A stretch of 64,000 nt of DNA from a virus. The stretch is from IMG/VR virus record IMGVR_UViG_3300042371_000495, positions 3,193 through 67,192 of that record, one strand, 5' to 3'. This document shows, piece by piece, positions 15,999-24,920 of the stretch. Position numbers and translations under genes: made by a program. Each line of letters starts with the position of its first letter. The stretch's first letter is position 1. Under the pieces are notes generated by a model. It ran no database searches. It had not been told where the DNA came from and worked only from the letters and a program-made list of their open reading frames with translations.

Positions 15999-18296
15999 TT
16001 ATGCAACTAGAGTAGCGAACTTATTCAGGATGAGGCGGCTTGAGCGTTTGTCAGAGGTGTATTTTGTGAATGCTTTCGCCAACTTATTCTGACCGCCGTT
16101 GGTCGTCATATCACCTTCGACTTTATCTACGAAACCTTCTTCATCGTCTAGGACCAATTCTCCTCCGGAGATGATGAAATATTCGTTGAAGGAGAACCCA
16201 TTCGGAATGAATAGGCATTTGTTCTTTCGAAGTTGAGGAAGCATATTAGTAACTTTTTCACTCGCTGTAACCCAATCTTTGACTTCGCCGCCTTTCGGAT
16301 GGCGAAGAGCGTTGATCGCCGAGGTTTTGATTTGGCTACGAGAAGTAGTGATGAAGAAACCGATAGCGGTGACATCACATGTGATTCGAAGGTTTTCGAT
16401 CAAGGTTGCATAGTTTTGTGAAGGATGACCACGATGAAGATCGACTTGACGACCGGCAATACGCGTACGATAAGGAAGACGATTGATATTCGTGACGTCT
16501 TCTTTTTGGTATTGTTTCGTAGTATTATCTGTCCCTAAGGTGAGTCCACCTCCATCGCCATCGGTCAAGAAAATTACGTTCATCTTCTGAACATGATGCT
16601 TTTGCTTGAAGCGTTTGACCAATTCATGGGCGATGATGATCGTCTCGAAGAGTGGGGTTCCTCCAAGTTGTTCGAATGATGAGGTAATAGGATCAAAATT
16701 ACCGGAGTGTACATTTTCCGGAGAATTCATCAAGAACGCCTGGGCGCGCATCTGGCGACAAGCGAGATCAAACTCGTTCTTCTTCATCGAAGAATTCATG
16801 AGCTCAGTGACTTGGCAATATGCAAGCGAGATTTGCTTGCAATTAGTATTTCCACGGTCGTTTAATGCGTAATAACAAGAAGGAGTGGTGAACCCATAGA
16901 CTTCAAATGGAATCGATACGGCCTTACAAAAGAAAATCAAGTTGAGTGTATGATTGATAACGTTTGGAATGTCATGACGCATCGATCCAGAATAGTCGAT
17001 AAAGAAAATCATACCGTGATTCTTGGCATCTGCAAGTTTGGTAACACTCTTGAAGATTTGATCCTCAAACTTATACGAATGAAGACGATTGACGTCGATC
17101 GAACCTGTCATGGATCGTTGTGCCCGAGAATATTGGAAAGCAGCCTTCTTACGTTCGAACTCTTTCACCAGAAGGTTGACATGTTGCTTAGTTGATGACT
17201 TAAATTGCTTCCAATCCTCGGTGACCGATGACAAGGTGAAATAGTAATCATAATCTTTACCATTTTTACGTGATTCCATCACCTTTGAAACCGGAATGAT
17301 CGAGTCGAGCATCTGTTGCTTAGATGGCGCCATCACTGCGTTATGATCGGTGAACGTCTGCTGCATGCCAGCGAGTTCATCATTAAGGTTGCTAAGAGTT
17401 TTGGATTGAAGAGCTTCGTTTAATTCTTGATTTGAAGGATCTTCGTTTTTGTCTTCAGATTGGACTTCCTTAGACTTTACCTTTTGAGTGTCATCTGGCT
17501 TCTCTTCGCCACTGTTAGTTTTTTGCTTAAGAGAATCTTCGCCGTCTTCTTTTTCCTCAGGATCTTTCTTAGAATTATCAAGGTCAGGGCTATCGACTTC
17601 GGTTTCTTTACCTTCGACGTCTTCTTCGCTATCATTCGGCTGAGAAGGAGATTGTTCAGGCTGAGAAGGAGATTGTTCGGCATTCTCATCTTTCTCTTGC
17701 TGCTCTTGCTTTTGCTTCTTCATCTCGTCTTTAGTCATCTCATAGATGTCGCGGCAGACGTCAATCACGTCATCGATGGATTCGGTAGCTAGGCAACGAC
17801 GATAGATGACTTCCTCGGCGAGGTCGAGCGGGATATCCATTTGATTGCCGATCTTGCCTCGAAGATTAAGACGTTCAATAAATGACATCGAAGAGATGTC
17901 AGTGCCTTTGATCTTAAAGAAATCGTTCTCAATGAAGTGAGCATAACCGGCAGTGAATGAAGAGATGAGACCAGGATATTGATCTTGTACCATCTTCTCG
18001 ATTCGAATATCCTCGACGATGTTGAGGACGTCGAACGGGCAATTAGGAAGAACTTCCTTGAACTTAGCGATGCCTTCGTCAGGAGTATAAAGGGCATGAC
18101 CAACTTCGTGGCCGACCAGAAGGTCAGACACCGCCTTATTGGTGACATTCCACGTTGGAAGGCCGAGGATTCGATTCTTCACATCGAAGAAGGCGGTAGA
18201 ATAGTTACCGACCTCGACGGTGATGTTCTCCTTTGCCAGGAGTTTTGCCAACATTCCTTGAGAGGTAGAGTTGACTAATGGAGTGGCTTCAAGCAT
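15999..18296 (-). CDS. CobT-like protein: N-terminal HExxH metallopeptidase-like domain, acidic linker, C-terminal VWA domain
   Basis: LVGHEVGHALYT, NIVEDIRIE, MIDAS DYSGSM, GGTPL, FLTDGD. Confidence 0.88.
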   Translation of the reverse strand: MLEATPLVNSTSQGMLAKLLAKENITVEVGNYSTAFFDVKNRILGLPTWNVTNKAVSDLLVGHEVGHALYTPDEGIAKFKEVLPNCPFDVLNIVEDIRIEKMVQDQYPGLISSFTAGYAHFIENDFFKIKGTDISSMSFIERLNLRGKIGNQMDIPLDLAEEVIYRRCLATESIDDVIDVCRDIYEMTKDEMKKQKQEQQEKDENAEQSPSQPEQSPSQPNDSEEDVEGKETEVDSPDLDNSKKDPEEKEDGEDSLKQKTNSGEEKPDDTQKVKSKEVQSEDKNEDPSNQELNEALQSKTLSNLNDELAGMQQTFTDHNAVMAPSKQQMLDSIIPVSKVMESRKNGKDYDYYFTLSSVTEDWKQFKSSTKQHVNLLVKEFERKKAAFQYSRAQRSMTGSIDVNRLHSYKFEDQIFKSVTKLADAKNHGMIFFIDYSGSMRHDIPNVINHTLNLIFFCKAVSIPFEVYGFTTPSCYYALNDRGNTNCKQISLAYCQVTELMNSSMKKNEFDLACRQMRAQAFLMNSPENVHSGNFDPITSSFEQLGGTPLFETIIIAHELVKRFKQKHHVQKMNVIFLTDGDGGGLTLGTDNTTKQYQKEDVTNINRLPYRTRIAGRQVDLHRGHPSQNYATLIENLRITCDVTAIGFFITTSRSQIKTSAINALRHPKGGEVKDWVTASEKVTNMLPQLRKNKCLFIPNGFSFNEYFIISGGELVLDDEEGFVDKVEGDMTTNGGQNKLAKAFTKYTSDKRSSRLILNKFATLVA
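17638..17678. repeat. 21-bp tandem duplication encoding EQSPSQP x2 in the VWA protein linker
   Basis: GGCTGAGAAGGAGATTGTTC occurs twice in tandem. Confidence 0.8.
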
Positions 18297-18302
18297 GGTA
18301 GG

Positions 18303-18330
18303 ATCTTACCCTACCCGGGGAAAATGTACA
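18303..18330 (-). promoter_or_regulatory. Early promoter TGTACA-N16-TAAGAT, leaderless
   Basis: TGTACA TTTTCCCCGGGTAGGG TAAGAT CCTACC ATG. Confidence 0.75.
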
Positions 18331-18370
18331 TGCCTTTTTTCATTGTTTTTCATCGTTGATTACCAATCAC

Positions 18371-20092
18371 TTATACGTGTTCGATCATTCTGGAGAAGTT
18401 TTTGACCTTCTCGAACTCCATTTTGCGCTGGAATTTTCCTTCCAGGGCATCTTGCTTATGGCTAATTACGAAGACATTCGTCTCGGCATCCAATGTCTCG
18501 AGGATTTTTAGTAGGTTATCTACCCCGTCCGAATCGAGGGAAGCATCGAACGTTTCGTCTAGGATCATGAGGTTTGTGTTCGCCGAGTTCTTCATCTTCG
18601 CTACCGCTCTCCAGGCAAATAGCAGACTCAGGTCGATTCGTTGCTTTTCACCCTCGGAAAACGAGCTGTAGCTAAAATCATCCCTATGACGAGACTTAAT
18701 CTGCTCGTTGAAGCTTTCATCGAGGTTGAAAGATACGAAGAAATCCAGGATTTGAAGATAGTGATTGATCAACTTGTTCATCACCGGCAAATATTGTCGA
18801 ATGATCTTCGTCTTGATACCTGTATCCTTGAGAAGTTCGGCGATGACTTCGTTATACGTCCTTTCCTCGATCTGATTCGATTTGAGGTCGCTCAGCACAT
18901 CTTTCTCTTCACGAAGTGTTTCTAAGAAATTATTGGCAAAAGTGGTGTCGCTCTCGGTAAATGATTGCTGAAGGTACTTATTGAGGTTAGTGATACGGGC
19001 TTCCAGTTGAGTGATCATCATATTGTTCGTAGAAATTTCTTTCTGTAGGTCGCTGATATCATCATAGGCATCACTTGCCTCGTTATATGATTGTTGAACC
19101 TCAATCATTTTTATCTTAAGCATCTCGTAACCATCTTGAAGTTCGAGGGCTTTTTCTTTGCATCCATGAAGCTTATGCTCTTTCATGTCTCCCTCGAGCT
19201 TTTGTTGACAAGTCGGGCAATCATTATTGTCTTCATAGAATTTCGCCTCACTCACGACTTTAGAGATGTTGTCCTTGATCTGCTTTTCGTAAGATTGTAA
19301 TGAAGTGCGAGTCTGTTGCGCCTTGAGTAAGGCATCATTGACCTCGGCGAAATGTAAAGAGTACGCTTCGCTATTCTTAGCATTTGTCTCTTGAAGCTGC
19401 TCGATGTTTTGTGAAAGTGTAGCGATCTCGTCGTTATACTTCGCGGCATTGTTCTCATCGATCTGTTTCAAGGAATCGATGTGAGTGCATTGAAGGATAA
19501 TCTTTTCCTTAACGATGGTAATTTGATTCTCAGTGTCCTTGATCGTACCTTTCAATTTCGAGTTACGTTCTTTAAGAGCCACGTTCATCTTCGTAAAGAT
19601 ATTGATATCGAGTAAGTCCTCAATGACCTCACGACGATTGCCGGTGCTGAGCTGCATGAAAGGAATGAAGTTACTCGAACCGAGGACGACAACCTGATGA
19701 AAGCTCTTATGATTGAGTTTAAGGATATTGGTCTCAAGAAGCTTTTGATAGTCACGCGAATGAGATTCCTGATTGAGTAAGATACCATTCTGCCAGATCT
19801 CGAAGATATTTGGTTTGATACCACGAACGATCTTATACGCAGTGGCGTTGATCGAGAACTCTACGGACACGGAGCAATTCTTTCCGTTAATACTATTGAC
19901 CAACTGTGGTTTATTGATCGCACGATGAGGTTTACCGAATAAGGCAAATGATAATGCATCGAGCATCGTCGATTTACCAGCACCATTGGATCCTACGACT
20001 AACGTAGAGGCACCGGGATTTAGGTTGACCACGATCTCTATGTCTCCAGAGCTCAGGAAATTTCTGTATGTAAGTGTATTAAATTTGACCAT
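18371..20092 (-). CDS. gp46: Recombination endonuclease ATPase subunit (Rad50/SbcC-like)
   Basis: GSNGAGKST, zinc hook CPTCQQ, signature FSEGE, ILDE, ISHK. Confidence 0.96.
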   Translation of the reverse strand: MVKFNTLTYRNFLSSGDIEIVVNLNPGASTLVVGSNGAGKSTMLDALSFALFGKPHRAINKPQLVNSINGKNCSVSVEFSINATAYKIVRGIKPNIFEIWQNGILLNQESHSRDYQKLLETNILKLNHKSFHQVVVLGSSNFIPFMQLSTGNRREVIEDLLDINIFTKMNVALKERNSKLKGTIKDTENQITIVKEKIILQCTHIDSLKQIDENNAAKYNDEIATLSQNIEQLQETNAKNSEAYSLHFAEVNDALLKAQQTRTSLQSYEKQIKDNISKVVSEAKFYEDNNDCPTCQQKLEGDMKEHKLHGCKEKALELQDGYEMLKIKMIEVQQSYNEASDAYDDISDLQKEISTNNMMITQLEARITNLNKYLQQSFTESDTTFANNFLETLREEKDVLSDLKSNQIEERTYNEVIAELLKDTGIKTKIIRQYLPVMNKLINHYLQILDFFVSFNLDESFNEQIKSRHRDDFSYSSFSEGEKQRIDLSLLFAWRAVAKMKNSANTNLMILDETFDASLDSDGVDNLLKILETLDAETNVFVISHKQDALEGKFQRKMEFEKVKNFSRMIEHV

Positions 20093-20094
20093 GA

Positions 20095-21174
20095 TTATAA
20101 TGCGTCCATCGTCTGTGCCTCGACGAATAGTTCATGAAGGCGACTCTTGATCTTATCTTTATCGAGCTCAGTCTCGATCGCCTCGACGTAGCTATTCAGC
20201 AATGTTCCGGTATCGGCCATACATATCGCTTCGTCCTCGATCGACTCGGCTGCATATTCAGAGAACGATTCGATGATCTTGATATCAAAAGGTTCGGCTG
20301 CTTGTAGTTTATCTATGAACTTATCGAAAGCGTATGGATCCTTCTTTGAATTTACGATTACCTTAATGAAGGTGCCTTTGGTATGAGACAAATCCTGGGC
20401 ATTCACATACTCGATCGAAGAATCGCATGATGAGTCGTCATAGACCAAACGTTGAAAGATACAGAGCGGATTTCGAATCGCTGCTAATTCACGAGTAGCG
20501 GTATCAAGAACATGAAAATATTTTGGGTCATTGGCATCCGACCAGGTCAATTCATATTGAGTACCGAGATAATGGATATTACGATCCGAGCTTTTGGTGT
20601 GATAATGACCTGATAGGACCATTTCATATCTCGAGAATAATTCAGGAGCCATACCATGACTTACGAGAGGAGCACCCTTCATCATCTCAAATCCGTGCAA
20701 TTCCAGATGAGATGCGATTACCGAGGCATTAGCAGTCTCGATAAACTTCATACTCTCGGCATAATTGTCAGTCGTAATCCACGGCAATAAACCGATGTTT
20801 AGTCCGTCATATTCTTTCACAGTGGGTTTCATGAATACGTTCACTTCCGGTGAATAATGTGACAGATATTCATTCAACGAGCAAAGCGAATTTGTATTCT
20901 TCCAATAGACGTCATGATTTCCAGGAATGATGTCCATGGTCATGCCATATTCCTTTAGCTTATCCAAGAACATCTCTCGATTACGCTGAAGCACTTTGTA
21001 GTTTACGTACTTACGATGCTCAAAATAATCACCGAGATGGATGATTTGCTTCACGCCTTCAGCGCAGCAATGCGGAAAGAAAATCTCGGAATAAAAGCGT
21101 TCCGAATAATCCAGGAATACATCGCTACCGCTTTTTACTCCGGCGTGTGTGTCATTGATAAGGGCAATCTTCAT
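20095..21174 (-). CDS. gp47: Recombination endonuclease nuclease subunit (Mre11/SbcD-like)
   Basis: NDTH, HLGD, GNHD, SGHYH. Confidence 0.95.
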   Translation of the reverse strand: MKIALINDTHAGVKSGSDVFLDYSERFYSEIFFPHCCAEGVKQIIHLGDYFEHRKYVNYKVLQRNREMFLDKLKEYGMTMDIIPGNHDVYWKNTNSLCSLNEYLSHYSPEVNVFMKPTVKEYDGLNIGLLPWITTDNYAESMKFIETANASVIASHLELHGFEMMKGAPLVSHGMAPELFSRYEMVLSGHYHTKSSDRNIHYLGTQYELTWSDANDPKYFHVLDTATRELAAIRNPLCIFQRLVYDDSSCDSSIEYVNAQDLSHTKGTFIKVIVNSKKDPYAFDKFIDKLQAAEPFDIKIIESFSEYAAESIEDEAICMADTGTLLNSYVEAIETELDKDKIKSRLHELFVEAQTMDAL

Positions 21175-21836
21175 GCGTCTTCGTCTATGTCTTCGTCTTC
21201 TAAGGAAAAGAAAGTTTCAAGGAGTTTTAGATCAAGAATTGAGTCCTCGATATCAGATTTCTTCTGAACGGCAGCTTTACGAGGTTTACCAAACTGGTTC
21301 CGATGCGCATCGGCATTTTCTGGAGTCGATCCATCACCCTTAAAGAAAGCATCATTTTTAATTCGAATGCGTTCGACCATACCTTCGCCAGTATGAGAAG
21401 CATCATCACCGAAGTCGGCAAAAGCTCCAATACCAGAATGCTCCATGTAAAGGACCTTGATATCGGCCTGTTTCTTTTCCTTGGCGATGCGTCGTAGGAA
21501 AGCGAAGTAAGAAATCTGAGTGAAGTAGGCAAAAGCATTTGGAAGACCAGTTCGAGTAGCTTTATTGACATCGTAGTTAGTGATCGCCTTGACACAGTTT
21601 TCAACCGCATCCATCACCATCTCGTCTCGATAGGTGTAATTGACGAAGTTGTATTTGTGCGATAGCCCCTCACATATTCGAAGAAAGCATTCCCCGATAT
21701 AGTTAGGTATGATCGGCACTTCTTTCTCAGCGGCTTTTGCCACATTCACAGAGCTGACATAGTCAACCACTGCCTGAGAGAAGTCCTTATTGTTTACGTA
21801 ATGGACTGATGCCCGTTTTTCCTTTAGCGTTGCCAT
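21171..21836 (-). CDS. gp55: Late-transcription sigma factor
   Basis: HYVNNKDF, YIGECFLRI, NFVNYTYRDEMVMD, NAFAYFTQI.YFAFLRRIAKEKKQ. Confidence 0.95.
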   Translation of the reverse strand: MATLKEKRASVHYVNNKDFSQAVVDYVSSVNVAKAAEKEVPIIPNYIGECFLRICEGLSHKYNFVNYTYRDEMVMDAVENCVKAITNYDVNKATRTGLPNAFAYFTQISYFAFLRRIAKEKKQADIKVLYMEHSGIGAFADFGDDASHTGEGMVERIRIKNDAFFKGDGSTPENADAHRNQFGKPRKAAVQKKSDIEDSILDLKLLETFFSLEDEDIDEDA

Positions 21837-21842
21837 GCTGTT

Positions 21843-21870
21843 ATTCTACCACATCCAGGGAGTTTGTACA
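21843..21870 (-). promoter_or_regulatory. Early promoter of gp55, TGTACA-N16-TAGAAT, leaderless
   Basis: TGTACA AACTCCCTGGATGTGG TAGAAT AACAGC ATG. Confidence 0.8.
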
Positions 21871-21921
21871 CCTAAAAATGATATGACCCTAAAAATAGTT
21901 TCGCCGCCGTGAATTATTTGG

Positions 21922-21949
21922 TGTACAATCCCAGGATTTATGGTATAAT
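21922..21949 (+). promoter_or_regulatory. Divergent plus-strand promoter TGTACA-N16-TATAAT with no downstream sense ORF
   Basis: TGTACA ATCCCAGGATTTATGG TATAAT; same consensus as the early promoters. Confidence 0.65.
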
Positions 21950-21972
21950 AGATTCAGTTCCAATTCAGACAA

Positions 21973-22401
21973 TCAATTGTTCCAATTTCGATTAGGATAT
22001 TGATGCTTGATTTTACTCCAATCAAAACCTTGATCTTCTTCATCGGCTACTAGATCATCTGGACCTTGATCTTGGTCAAGGCCAATCAAGGCTTCAAGCT
22101 TATTGATTAATAAGGCATCATAGTATCTCTTCTTAAGAATTATTGAAGCAGATGATTCGGTAGTTATGGATGATCTGTATGCTATCAATGATTCTGCTGT
22201 ACCAAACGGGATATACGGTATCATCGCCGTGACAATGTCTCCATCTACATTTATACGCCGAAGTTCTAGGACATTCTTCAACTCGACGGCAGATTCATGA
22301 GCCTCGATCAATTGACCGATGATCTGTTCGCCGGTCGATAGGTTATAGACACGGATGTTCATTCGATGAAGCGTCTCTATGAATTCTTTGCTCATTAGCA
22401 T
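21973..22401 (-). CDS. Conserved hypothetical (Sm-like fold) protein between uvsW and gp55
   Basis: IRVYNLSTGEQIIG motif; typical position in T4-like genomes. Confidence 0.65.
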   Translation of the reverse strand: MLMSKEFIETLHRMNIRVYNLSTGEQIIGQLIEAHESAVELKNVLELRRINVDGDIVTAMIPYIPFGTAESLIAYRSSITTESSASIILKKRYYDALLINKLEALIGLDQDQGPDDLVADEEDQGFDWSKIKHQYPNRNWNN

Positions 22402-23900
22402 GACATTTTTATCTCATAAAGTTTATAGTCAAAGCCTTCCTTGGCATAGATCTTAACTCTATCTATCGCATGCTGCATCGTATAGTTTTTTGTCTTTTTC
22501 CAGGAGAAGTTGTCAGAAATGTCATAGACGATCGTTCCTCTTCCATCGTCAGACTTTCGTAGTCCTCGACCAATGCTCTGTAGTACCCTGATCTGACTTT
22601 TGGTGGGTGCGGCGAAGATGATCTGATGAAGGTTCTTGATATTGATTCCAGTACTGAACGTACCCACACTGGCCACGATGATAGCATCTTTTTCTTTCTC
22701 GGTGATTTCACGAATCCTTTCCCTTTCATTGACGTCAGTTGATCCAGAGACGAAGAAAACCTTTCGATCGCCTTGCACCTTTGCTTTGATCATATCATAT
22801 AACGGCTTTCCATGTTTTTGAACGAGGTTATAGAGGACCAGAGTATTACCCTTTTGATCGACGGTGAGGTTGGTGATGAACTTATTTCGTGGTTCACACG
22901 ATACAATATAGTCGATCTCATCTTTATAGTCGAGCTTCGAAATGATCTTCTTGAGTTCATCAGAATAATCTAGGACGAGGCATTGAATCTTTAACGCTGC
23001 CAAGGTATTAGACTCAATCAAAGCCTGAGTAGTCGTGACGCGATGAACTGGCCCAAAGTTTCCGGTCAAGACTAATTCGTGAACCTGAGTATTGTCAATG
23101 GTGCCGGTCGTGCCTATACGAAAGCGAGCATTGACTAGTGCAGCCATAATCGTATTCAACGACTTGGCCTTGAAGAGATGCGCCTCGTCGCCTATGACCA
23201 TACCAAACTGGAGGAACCACGATTTTGGAAGGGTGATCGCGGATTGCCAAGTGGTAACGACGACTCGGGATTCAAAGTTGATCTTCTCTTTACCGGAATA
23301 GATACGATGCACGTCGATCTCGTTATCAAAATATGTATCCTTCTGAGAATAATCGCCGAAATCCTTGAACATTTGCTCGACCAATGATGTAGTAGGAACC
23401 ACGATCAGTACTTTTTCTTTCTCGTTCGAGGAATGATCCAGGAACCATCTCAGCATCGAGTAGATGATCAACGATTTTCCTGAACCGGTAGGAGATATGA
23501 GCAATGAGCGAGATTCCCTCAATGCATGAGTGATCGCGTCGATCTGATAATCCCGAGGCTTGATGATGTCCTTACCTCCGGTGATCGTCAACGAATTTAG
23601 ATACGTCAACAAAGATTCCATCGATGGTACATCCTGCGGAGCCACACCGGCATCGAGCTTTAGTTCGTACCCGCGCGACCTAGCAAATTCTGCCAAGTGA
23701 AAGAGCAACCCGTACGGAAGTGTATTAGAACGTTGATCAAACAATCGAACCTTACCATCCCAGAGTTTGTTCTTAAACGCCGGCATAAATTTATAACCTT
23801 CGGCAAAGAACGTGAAAAATTCACCGACCTCCATTAGGATACCCGAATCCCGAGATTCGACGATGAGTGTCGCCTCGTTCTTTTTTCGAATCGTTATCAT
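22395..23900 (-). CDS. uvsW: RNA-DNA / DNA helicase UvsW
   Basis: PRDYQ, SPTGSGKS, DEAH, TGT, QSIGRGLR; start at MITIRKK. Confidence 0.95.
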   Translation of the reverse strand: MITIRKKNEATLIVESRDSGILMEVGEFFTFFAEGYKFMPAFKNKLWDGKVRLFDQRSNTLPYGLLFHLAEFARSRGYELKLDAGVAPQDVPSMESLLTYLNSLTITGGKDIIKPRDYQIDAITHALRESRSLLISPTGSGKSLIIYSMLRWFLDHSSNEKEKVLIVVPTTSLVEQMFKDFGDYSQKDTYFDNEIDVHRIYSGKEKINFESRVVVTTWQSAITLPKSWFLQFGMVIGDEAHLFKAKSLNTIMAALVNARFRIGTTGTIDNTQVHELVLTGNFGPVHRVTTTQALIESNTLAALKIQCLVLDYSDELKKIISKLDYKDEIDYIVSCEPRNKFITNLTVDQKGNTLVLYNLVQKHGKPLYDMIKAKVQGDRKVFFVSGSTDVNERERIREITEKEKDAIIVASVGTFSTGINIKNLHQIIFAAPTKSQIRVLQSIGRGLRKSDDGRGTIVYDISDNFSWKKTKNYTMQHAIDRVKIYAKEGFDYKLYEIKMSC

Positions 23901-24346
23901 TACATGCCTGCAGTAAATTTCTTCCAATCGATGATGTTACGAATATTTGAATGCCTCCACTTAATATTGTCCATGATATCCTGAAGAGTCTCGACCATCA
24001 CCTTTTGATAGTCGATCTGTGCGCTTAACTTACTTATATCGACATCGGTAGAATAGAATAGTTCCATATCACCCTTCATCGGTTTGGCCATGCCATTGAA
24101 CGGATCATATTTCCATCCGCGTTCATCCATGTCTTCCTTCGTCATCTTGCCGTTATAATACATCCATTTGTCCTTTTTGAGGACAATGAATTGCGATTCG
24201 CGCCGTTTAAGCTGGAGCTTGGCAAGACTAAAAAGTTCTAGGTATTTTGAATGAAGCTTAGCGCTCTTCATAGAGGTCTCATCGATCATTACCTCGTCGA
24301 TAACGGAATCCTCGGCCCACATCTTCAATACATCATCTAACGTCAT
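23900..24346 (-). CDS. uvsY: Recombination mediator UvsY
   Basis: WAEDSVID, KLHSKYL, YYNGK, IRNIIDWKKF. Confidence 0.92.
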   Translation of the reverse strand: MTLDDVLKMWAEDSVIDEVMIDETSMKSAKLHSKYLELFSLAKLQLKRRESQFIVLKKDKWMYYNGKMTKEDMDERGWKYDPFNGMAKPMKGDMELFYSTDVDISKLSAQIDYQKVMVETLQDIMDNIKWRHSNIRNIIDWKKFTAGM

Positions 24347-24359
24347 ACCTTGATTTATA

Positions 24360-24833
24360 TCAAGAAATGAAGCTCATCTCATCAAACCTAAACGTAACGT
24401 CTGCCTGTAAGTATTCGATATCGGAGTTCTGAGTATTAAATTCGACTCCGTTGATCGCGGTCGGGAATGCCGAGGTGAATCTCACTTGTTTATTCACCTT
24501 ACTTTTGCTTGATAAAATATTAAGAGTCATATCGCAAAATTCTAATTTACCCGCAGATAGCGCATTATTATTGAGCCAATCGAAGATTTCCCTATAGTTA
24601 TTCATATCCTCATCGATCAACATTCGAACAGTCAACGTATCGAAACCTACCTTATCATCTGGCATATATCCTTGCCGGTTACGAAACGGTGTAGAAATTT
24701 CTCCGAGCGTTATAGTAGGTAACATTACTGTGGTGATGAAATACTCGACGTTGCCGTATCGAGTCGAATCCATCGTCAACTTGAATCCTACAGGCGTAAG
24801 GAAATTGCGATTGCTTGTCAATGAACTACTCAT
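24360..24833 (-). CDS. gp3: Tail tube terminator / tail completion protein
   Basis: NFL.P.GFKL, DEDMNNY.EI.DW, AFPT; position after gp23. Confidence 0.85.
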   Translation of the reverse strand: MSSSLTSNRNFLTPVGFKLTMDSTRYGNVEYFITTVMLPTITLGEISTPFRNRQGYMPDDKVGFDTLTVRMLIDEDMNNYREIFDWLNNNALSAGKLEFCDMTLNILSSKSKVNKQVRFTSAFPTAINGVEFNTQNSDIEYLQADVTFRFDEMSFIS

Positions 24834-24846
24834 AAATCTATTTATG

Positions 24847-24884
24847 AAAAGAGAAAGGGTGTCATCCTTTCGAATGACACCCTT
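24847..24884 (-). terminator. Rho-independent terminator after gp23
   Basis: AAGGGTGTCATTC-GAAA-GGATGACACCCTT then TCTCTTTT. Confidence 0.85.
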
Positions 24885-24920
24885 AATGATAGAACCCTCT
24901 TAAAGAGGATTCAATTTAAC

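Noticed and set aside
14280-18296. cobS/cobT as cobalamin-synthesis auxiliary genes
   Set aside because: No cobN or other cob genes; the motifs only support a MoxR-type AAA+/VWA pair
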